Assembly: GCA_030645235.1 (NCBI GenBank)
Contig: JAUSMV010000030.1
Coordinates: 1,296,988 to 1,360,987 of the forward strand
Source of the DNA: Parvibaculum sp.
GTDB lineage: Bacteria > Pseudomonadota > Alphaproteobacteria > Parvibaculales > Parvibaculaceae
Length of the DNA stretch: 64,000 nucleotides
Reading direction: 5' to 3'
Below are positions 58,245 to 64,000 of the stretch, one piece after another. The notes under the pieces are model-generated. The model was given only the letters and a program-made list of their open reading frames with translations. It made no database searches and was not told the origin of the DNA. How positions within the stretch are numbered: the first letter of the stretch is position 1; each line of letters begins with the position of its first letter. The position numbers and the translations under genes are program-made.

Positions 58245-59072
58245 ATGAGCGAGTACAAACCGCAATATCACGACATCAAAGCGGACTCCAATGTGCTGCG
58301 CGTGGCGGTGTGGGCGGGAGCAGACAATGGCAAGAGCAAGCACCGGCCAATTCTTTTTTTCAACGGCATCGGAGCTAATGTCGAACTTATTGCTCCCTTT
58401 GCAGAGGCACTCACTGACCGCGATGTAATTGCTTTTGATGCACCTGGTATCGGCGGTTCGGCGGCGGCAGTCATCCCCTACCGCCCGCGTCAATTCGCGC
58501 GCATGGCGACTATCATTCTCGATCAGCTAGGCTACACCGACGTTGATGTGATGGGCGTATCATGGGGCGGCGTCATGGCCCAGCAATTTGCCTATCAGTA
58601 CCCAGACCGCACGCGGCATCTCATATTATGTGCTACCGCGGCAGGCGTTGTTATGGTGCCGGGGAACCCCAAGGCTCTCGTCAAGATGGCTCATCCACGC
58701 CGTTATATGGACCCCCAATATATGCTGAAACATTTTCAGACGCTCTACGGCGACGAAGCGGGCGGGGCGACGGATCATTCAAGCCGGTTGCGCGCACCGA
58801 CCTTGCGTGGCTATTTCTATCAGTTGCTCGCGGGTATCGGCTGGACGAGTGTAGGGTTTTTGCCGTTCCTGAAAATACCGGCGCTCGTGCTCGCAGGCGA
58901 CAATGATCAGATCGTGCCTTTGATCAACGGGAGGTTTCTCGCGCGGCTTATTCCGAACTCACGGCTTGAGATTGTCAAAGGTGGGCACTTGTTTTTAGTA
59001 TCACGCGCGCAGGAAGTTATTCCAATGATCCGGAGCTTTCTTGATGCGCCTGCCTATGTGCCGGGCCGCTGA
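58245..59072 (+). CDS. phaZ: Intracellular PHA depolymerase (Pseudomonas mcl-type)
   Basis: FFNGIGANVEL, FDAPGIGGS, GVSWGG, YQYPDR, GGHLFL. Confidence 0.88.
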   Translation: MSEYKPQYHDIKADSNVLRVAVWAGADNGKSKHRPILFFNGIGANVELIAPFAEALTDRDVIAFDAPGIGGSAAAVIPYRPRQFARMATIILDQLGYTDVDVMGVSWGGVMAQQFAYQYPDRTRHLILCATAAGVVMVPGNPKALVKMAHPRRYMDPQYMLKHFQTLYGDEAGGATDHSSRLRAPTLRGYFYQLLAGIGWTSVGFLPFLKIPALVLAGDNDQIVPLINGRFLARLIPNSRLEIVKGGHLFLVSRAQEVIPMIRSFLDAPAYVPGR

Positions 59073-59074
59073 CT

Positions 59075-59851
59075 TCAGGCCAGAATAACTGAGCGTCCGT
59101 CAGGACGTACCATCACTTCAACAGGCAAATCAAAGCAGATACTGAGATTGTCTTCGCTGAGGGTGGCTTTCGTTTCGCCTGCCGACAATATCTCACCATG
59201 ACGCAACAAAACGACCTCGTCTGCATAGTCGGCGGCGAGATTGAGATCATGCAGTACGGCAAGAACACCGATGCCGCTATCTGCAAGGAGACGCGCGGTT
59301 TCCAAGAGTGCACGTCGGTGACGCAGATCGAGCGCCGAGGTTGGCTCATCGAGGAAAAGATAACGCGGTGTTTCATCACCGCGACGATGCCAGATTTGTG
59401 CAAGTGCGCGCGCAAATTGCACGCGCTGGCGCTCTCCACCCGAAAGTGTTTGATAAAGCTGCTCCCAAAGCTCCTCAATGCCTGCAATGCGACGCACATC
59501 GGACAAGGCGGCTTCGTCGTCAGCGGCCTGCTCGCTCGCCGTAAAGGGCAAACGTCCAAGCCCCACGACTTCGGCAACCGTGAAGGCAAAATCAAGCGTT
59601 GAGTTTTGCAATAGCACAGCGCGTTGACGGGCGAGCGCTAGAGGTTTAACCAATTTCAGATCAACGCCGTCAATAAGAACCGAGCCCTCATCAGGGCGGC
59701 GCTCGCCTGACAAAACAGAAATCATCGTGGACTTGCCGGCGCCATTGGGGCCTAGCAAAGCTGTGATGCGGCCAGGCATTACATTGAACGAAATGTCTTT
59801 AATAAGCGCGCGATTGCCGGCGCGCACCGTGATGCCATGGGCCTCAATCAT
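59075..59851 (-). CDS. hmuV: Heme ABC transporter ATP-binding protein
   Basis: GPNGAGKST, LSGGERQRVQFARALAQ, LDEPTSALD, LHDLNLA. Confidence 0.92.
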   Translation of the reverse strand: MIEAHGITVRAGNRALIKDISFNVMPGRITALLGPNGAGKSTMISVLSGERRPDEGSVLIDGVDLKLVKPLALARQRAVLLQNSTLDFAFTVAEVVGLGRLPFTASEQAADDEAALSDVRRIAGIEELWEQLYQTLSGGERQRVQFARALAQIWHRRGDETPRYLFLDEPTSALDLRHRRALLETARLLADSGIGVLAVLHDLNLAADYADEVVLLRHGEILSAGETKATLSEDNLSICFDLPVEVMVRPDGRSVILA

Positions 59852-60906
59852 GATTTAAGCCCCTTGCGATGAAGGAGCAGCCACAGGAAGAAGGGACTGC
59901 CGATGAGGCTGGTCATGAGACCGATAGGCAGTTCTGCGGGTATGACGATGACACGGGCGAGGCTGTCGGCCACGAGAAGGAGCGACGCCCCAAGCAACGC
60001 CGAACCGGGCAACACAATGCGATGATCGGGACCAGCAGCCATGCGCACGAGATGGGGCACAACGACACCGACGAAAGCGATAATGCCGGTGACGGCAACA
60101 GATGCGCCAACAGCGAGGGCGGCTGCGACCATAACGATGCGCTTTAAGCGCTCAACCGACACACCTAGGTGCATGGCTTCGCGCTCACCGAGCAGCATTG
60201 CGTTCAGGGCTTGCGAGTAACGCAACATCACGAGGATGGCGAGAACTACGAAAGGTCCGGCGAGAAGCGCACCTGACCAACCGCCTTTAGCAAGGCTGCC
60301 CATGGTCCAGAAGGTGATTTCGCGCAGCTGATTGTCGTCACTCATAAAAATCAAAATGCCCATAAGGGCACCTGCAATGGCGTTGATCGCGATGCCTGCA
60401 AGCAGCAGTGTGCCTGTCGCCGCAACACCTCTGTGATGCGCGAGACGCTCTGTCGCGAATGTGGCGATGAGACCACCGACAAACGCGGCAAGCGGCATCA
60501 GACGCGGGTCTGCCGCAAAAGGAATGATAGCAACGAGCATGTGACCCAAGACGATAATGCCGACAGCACCGAGCGCCGCCCCACCCGAAATGCCGATAAG
60601 ACCTGGGTCGGCCAACGGATTGCGGAAGAGGCCTTGCAGTGCGGCACCCGACAAGCCCAAGCCAGCACCAACGAGAATAGCGAGCACAGCACGCGGCAGA
60701 CGCAGACCTAAGATGATGGCTTGTGACTGACTGTCTGCATCAAAGCCAAACAGAATTGCGATGACCTCACGCAAGGGAATCGGCATGGCACCGACTGCCA
60801 ATGCCAGCACGAAGGTGAGGCCGAGCAGAACAGCAAGTCCCGCCAACACGAAGGGGCGACGTACCAGCCGCAAGGGCGGCAGGCTTGCCTGAACGATGTC
60901 AGTCAT
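59848..60906 (-). CDS. hmuU: Heme ABC transporter permease (FecCD)
   Basis: LRLPR, RNPLADPGLIGI, GEREAMHLG, PIGLMTSLIG. Confidence 0.92.
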   Translation of the reverse strand: MTDIVQASLPPLRLVRRPFVLAGLAVLLGLTFVLALAVGAMPIPLREVIAILFGFDADSQSQAIILGLRLPRAVLAILVGAGLGLSGAALQGLFRNPLADPGLIGISGGAALGAVGIIVLGHMLVAIIPFAADPRLMPLAAFVGGLIATFATERLAHHRGVAATGTLLLAGIAINAIAGALMGILIFMSDDNQLREITFWTMGSLAKGGWSGALLAGPFVVLAILVMLRYSQALNAMLLGEREAMHLGVSVERLKRIVMVAAALAVGASVAVTGIIAFVGVVVPHLVRMAAGPDHRIVLPGSALLGASLLLVADSLARVIVIPAELPIGLMTSLIGSPFFLWLLLHRKGLKS

Positions 60907-61790
60907 TGGGCCTTTGTCCATGCGCGGTCCGGCAGAGGCGGAAATTTATGCTCGGGATGGAACTCGGCGGCGAGATCATGCGCGGCATGGGCCAGCCGCG
61001 GGCCGAAGCCGAGCGCATAAACCCCGTCAATTACAATGAGCTTACCGTTACGCACAGCCGGCGTTTCAGCAAGCTCGGTCAAGGCCAGCACTTTGTCCGC
61101 GCCGCCAATAGCGTCAACCGATTGCTTCATCATGATGATGATGTCGGGCTTGGCGATAATCGCCGCTTCCGGCGACAAAGGCTTGTAGCCGCGAATATCG
61201 GAGGCCGCGTTGATACCGCCGGCGAGCACGATGATACCGTCAGCGGCTGTATTGGTTCCACCCGCCATCGGTGCACCGCGTCCGGCCTGCAGCAGAAACA
61301 AAACGCGCGGATGCGATTTGATCGTCGCCAGTTCCTTTTGCACCGAGGCCAGATCGGCGATGAGCGCCGTTGTGATTTCTTTGGCCTCAGTATCACGATC
61401 AAGCGCCTTGCCAATCAGGACAATGCGTTCGATTGCTTTGTCGGGCGTGTAGCCATCAGGCAAACGCACCACGCGGAGACCCGCCATCTCAACTTGATCA
61501 AGAATCGCGGGCGGGCCTGCTTCCGGACCCGCGAGTAAAATTTCAGCCTTCAGCGACAAGAGGCCTTCGGCGGCAAGCGCACGGACATAGCCGACATTGG
61601 GCAGGAGATGCGTTTTCTCCCACGGATAAAGGCTTGTCTGATCGACGGCGACGAGACTGTCTCCAGCGCCCAGCGCATAGACTGTTTCAGTGACGGCACC
61701 GCCAACCGAGAGCACACGCTTTGGCGCATCGGCTTGACCAGCGCTGACACTGACCAGCACTGTCAGGCACGCAACAAAAAGAAAACGCAT
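60903..61790 (-). CDS. hmuT: Periplasmic heme-binding protein
   Basis: GGAVTETVYALG, VGY heme Tyr, EGLLSL, LGFGPR. Confidence 0.92.
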   Translation of the reverse strand: MRFLFVACLTVLVSVSAGQADAPKRVLSVGGAVTETVYALGAGDSLVAVDQTSLYPWEKTHLLPNVGYVRALAAEGLLSLKAEILLAGPEAGPPAILDQVEMAGLRVVRLPDGYTPDKAIERIVLIGKALDRDTEAKEITTALIADLASVQKELATIKSHPRVLFLLQAGRGAPMAGGTNTAADGIIVLAGGINAASDIRGYKPLSPEAAIIAKPDIIIMMKQSVDAIGGADKVLALTELAETPAVRNGKLIVIDGVYALGFGPRLAHAAHDLAAEFHPEHKFPPLPDRAWTKAQ

Positions 61791-62836
61791 TATGCAGCTT
61801 CCTTCGTGAGCAGGCCCGCAACGAGATTGCGCCATGCTTCATCTTCGGGCTGGCCGGGCTTGCGCTTGCCAAAGAGGGTAGCAATCGTGTCGCCTTCGGC
61901 GTCGAACAATTCAAGCGAAGTCACAACGCCGTCATCGGTGGGCTTCCACACGACCCATGCTGTCGCAATGCGGTCTTCGCGCAGATGCAGGTTGAATTTT
62001 TCATCGAGCACGTTGAACCAGGGGCCCATCGGCTTTAGGTTGGCAACAGGACCTGTATGGATTTGGATCATGCCGGGATTGCCGACAAAGACCATGATGG
62101 GTGTTGTACGCGCGCCTGCCGACATCAGAATATTACGCAAAGATGATGCATCCACACCACGTGCACGACGCTCGCCTGCAAGACGCAGAGCCTGAACACG
62201 CTGAAGTTTGAATTTGACAAGAAGCCCGTGGAACTCATGTGTGTCTTTCAGAGCGTCCCATGCGGCATGGAAGGCAGTCACGTCAACGGAATTGTCAGCC
62301 ACCGGGGCAGCGCGCTCTTTACGCGGCGTGATTTCAATCATTGTTTCGGGCGCCGCAAAATTGGCAACCAGCGCATCAAAAGCGCTGACATCGGACGTGT
62401 CGGTCAGATAAATCTTGTGGATCGCAACGCCTGCTGCGTCGAAGAACTGCAAGCTGCGGCGCGGGCCCATTTTTGTTTCTTCGATGAGCGCAAAGCCTGT
62501 GCGCCATTCGGTGAAGAAAATACGCAGATCAATATCGTCACCGACGATGAGACCAACATGCGCGCCTCCGCCGAGCTTGCCATACGTGCCCTTACGTTCA
62601 TGGACGCAAGATTCGTTACGCGTGAGCGCCATAACATTGCCGAGTGTCGGCACGGCACCGATGATCGCGGGAAACTCAGCGCGGAGACGCGTGGTCACCA
62701 CACCTTCTTTGCCCAGCGCCACAAGCTCTGCTTCCGAGATGTTGAGCTTGGCGGCCACGTCGCGCGCACGCATTTGCGGTTCGGCGGCGATGAGAGCTGC
62801 GCGGCGCGCCTTGAGGTCTTGCACATTATCGATCAT
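61790..62836 (-). CDS. hmuS: Heme degradation/storage protein HmuS/ChuS
   Basis: RARDVA, NESCVHE, DLRIF, HEF, VGNPGMIQIH, FNLHL. Confidence 0.93.
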   Translation of the reverse strand: MIDNVQDLKARRAALIAAEPQMRARDVAAKLNISEAELVALGKEGVVTTRLRAEFPAIIGAVPTLGNVMALTRNESCVHERKGTYGKLGGGAHVGLIVGDDIDLRIFFTEWRTGFALIEETKMGPRRSLQFFDAAGVAIHKIYLTDTSDVSAFDALVANFAAPETMIEITPRKERAAPVADNSVDVTAFHAAWDALKDTHEFHGLLVKFKLQRVQALRLAGERRARGVDASSLRNILMSAGARTTPIMVFVGNPGMIQIHTGPVANLKPMGPWFNVLDEKFNLHLREDRIATAWVVWKPTDDGVVTSLELFDAEGDTIATLFGKRKPGQPEDEAWRNLVAGLLTKEAA

Positions 62837-62857
62837 GTCATGTCTCCTTTATTCAAA

Positions 62858-63655
62858 TCAATTCAATGTAAAACGCACAGGTACGTGTACCCATGCGACA
62901 ACCGGTGTTCCGTTCCTGCGACCAGGCTCAAAATGCCATCGTCGCACCGCAGCCATCGCTGAATTGTCCAGGAGAACGTGGCCTGAACTTTTCAAAACCA
63001 TCACCTCTTCGGCGTTGCCTTCAAAATCGAGGCGCGCACGGACAAAAACGATTCCATGCTGGCCCAAATCCTTTGCGCGCTTTGGATAGACCGGCGGTTT
63101 TGGTTTTTCGCGGTAACGGGGACTGGTGATGATCAACTCGTCCTCGGCGTCTTCGCCCTGTTTGGCGAGCGGCGCAGGTCTGGCGCCTACTTTCTGCGCT
63201 GCATAGAAAACGGGCGTGGTGTGGACCGGAAGGTCGGAATCTGCCAATTGCGGCAGCGTTTCTCTAACGGTCTTTTGCTCGACTGAGGCCGATGCTGGCT
63301 TGAAAACCGCTTCGGCTTTCTCGATCACCGGCAGCGGTTCAGGCTTAGGCACATCAAGCTTCACTACCGGCGTTTGGAACTCAGCGGCTTTAGTGTCCGG
63401 GTTTGTCACGACAGGCTTTGAGGCCGGCGTGGACGGTGCCATGTCAACCATGACGACGGCATCGGTCGCAGGACCGCCAAACGAAATGCTGCGCTCAGGC
63501 ATCATCGCGATGATAAAAAATCCGAGCGCAGCATGAGCGGCGAACGAGGTCGCCATCGACATTTGCAAACCACGCGAGCGGAAAGACATGACCGAGGAAC
63601 TGCCATCCTGTCCGTCCTGTGTTGCTATGTCTTGTGCGACCCCGTTCATTGTCAC
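62858..63655 (-). CDS. tonB: Energy transducer TonB of the heme operon
   Basis: TM with SxxxH, PPVYPKRA, KSSGHVLLD, VHVPVRF. Confidence 0.9.
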   Translation of the reverse strand: MTMNGVAQDIATQDGQDGSSSVMSFRSRGLQMSMATSFAAHAALGFFIIAMMPERSISFGGPATDAVVMVDMAPSTPASKPVVTNPDTKAAEFQTPVVKLDVPKPEPLPVIEKAEAVFKPASASVEQKTVRETLPQLADSDLPVHTTPVFYAAQKVGARPAPLAKQGEDAEDELIITSPRYREKPKPPVYPKRAKDLGQHGIVFVRARLDFEGNAEEVMVLKSSGHVLLDNSAMAAVRRWHFEPGRRNGTPVVAWVHVPVRFTLN

Positions 63656-63661
63656 ACCCCT

Positions 63662-64000
63662 TTAGAAGCGGACAGTTGTGTTGACGGCGAAGTTACGGCC
63701 CGGCTGGCTGTAGCGGTCAAGCACTGTGCTCGTTGCGGCAACGCCACGTACGTCTTGCGACAACCAGTACTTTTCGTCCGTGATATTGTAGATACCGGCA
63801 TTGATTGTGAAGGTCGGCATGATCTCGTAATAAGCCGTGAGATCGAAGGTGGTGTAATCCGGCGCCTGATATTGTGCAGGTGTCGCCGGACTCACGCGGC
63901 TGTGTGTCCACGCATGTGTGGTGGTGAATTCCGCACCCCAGCTTTCGCTTGAGTAACCAAGACCAGCGACGAGACGGACAGGGTCAACGCTGTCGATCGA
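63662..64000 (-). CDS. TonB-dependent heme/hemoglobin receptor, C-terminal part (5' end outside the window)
   Basis: Open frame to the window edge; NITDEKYWLSQDVRG...RYSQPGRNF...VRF, terminal Phe. Confidence 0.88.
   Translation of the reverse strand, partial: SIDSVDPVRLVAGLGYSSESWGAEFTTTHAWTHSRVSPATPAQYQAPDYTTFDLTAYYEIMPTFTINAGIYNITDEKYWLSQDVRGVAATSTVLDRYSQPGRNFAVNTTVRF

Noticed and set aside
60885-63089. Several 200-245 aa plus-strand ORFs
   Set aside because: Antisense shadows of hmuT, hmuS and tonB in GC-rich DNA.

Overview
A 64-kb chromosomal window from an alphaproteobacterium (Parvibaculum/Caulobacter-like gene content; this is inference). From left to right it holds: ptsN; an RpoH-driven Hsp20-DUF1150 pair; a CYP153 / esterase / dienelactone hydrolase / Baeyer-Villiger monooxygenase block; a lone modA; a GST plus TTQ amine dehydrogenase cluster (mauB-E-D-A plus cytochrome c, no mauG); a radical SAM plus CDP-alcohol transferase pair; a GH2 glycosidase whose acid/base Glu is replaced by Ser; a structured non-coding element resembling a transposase-less IS110 5' end; a convergent two-component pair; and a non-phosphorylative L-fucose pathway with IclR. 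Next is a roughly 23-kb catabolic island carrying sigma54 promoters: asparaginase, tonB-exbB-exbD-exbD, TBDR, MFS, RutA-like, RutB-like, an atypical M20 enzyme, flavin reductase, two TauD enzymes, a Rieske oxygenase, a DODA dioxygenase, an acetamidase, an AraC-acetamidase fusion, PfkB and PhoD. The window ends with an RpoE-ChrR regulon with three matching promoters and furan/cyclopropane fatty-acid genes, a class II-like phaC-phaZ pair, and a heme uptake operon cut by the window edge. I found no rRNA, tRNA, CRISPR array or intact transposase. All family assignments come from motif recognition by eye; no database searches were run.
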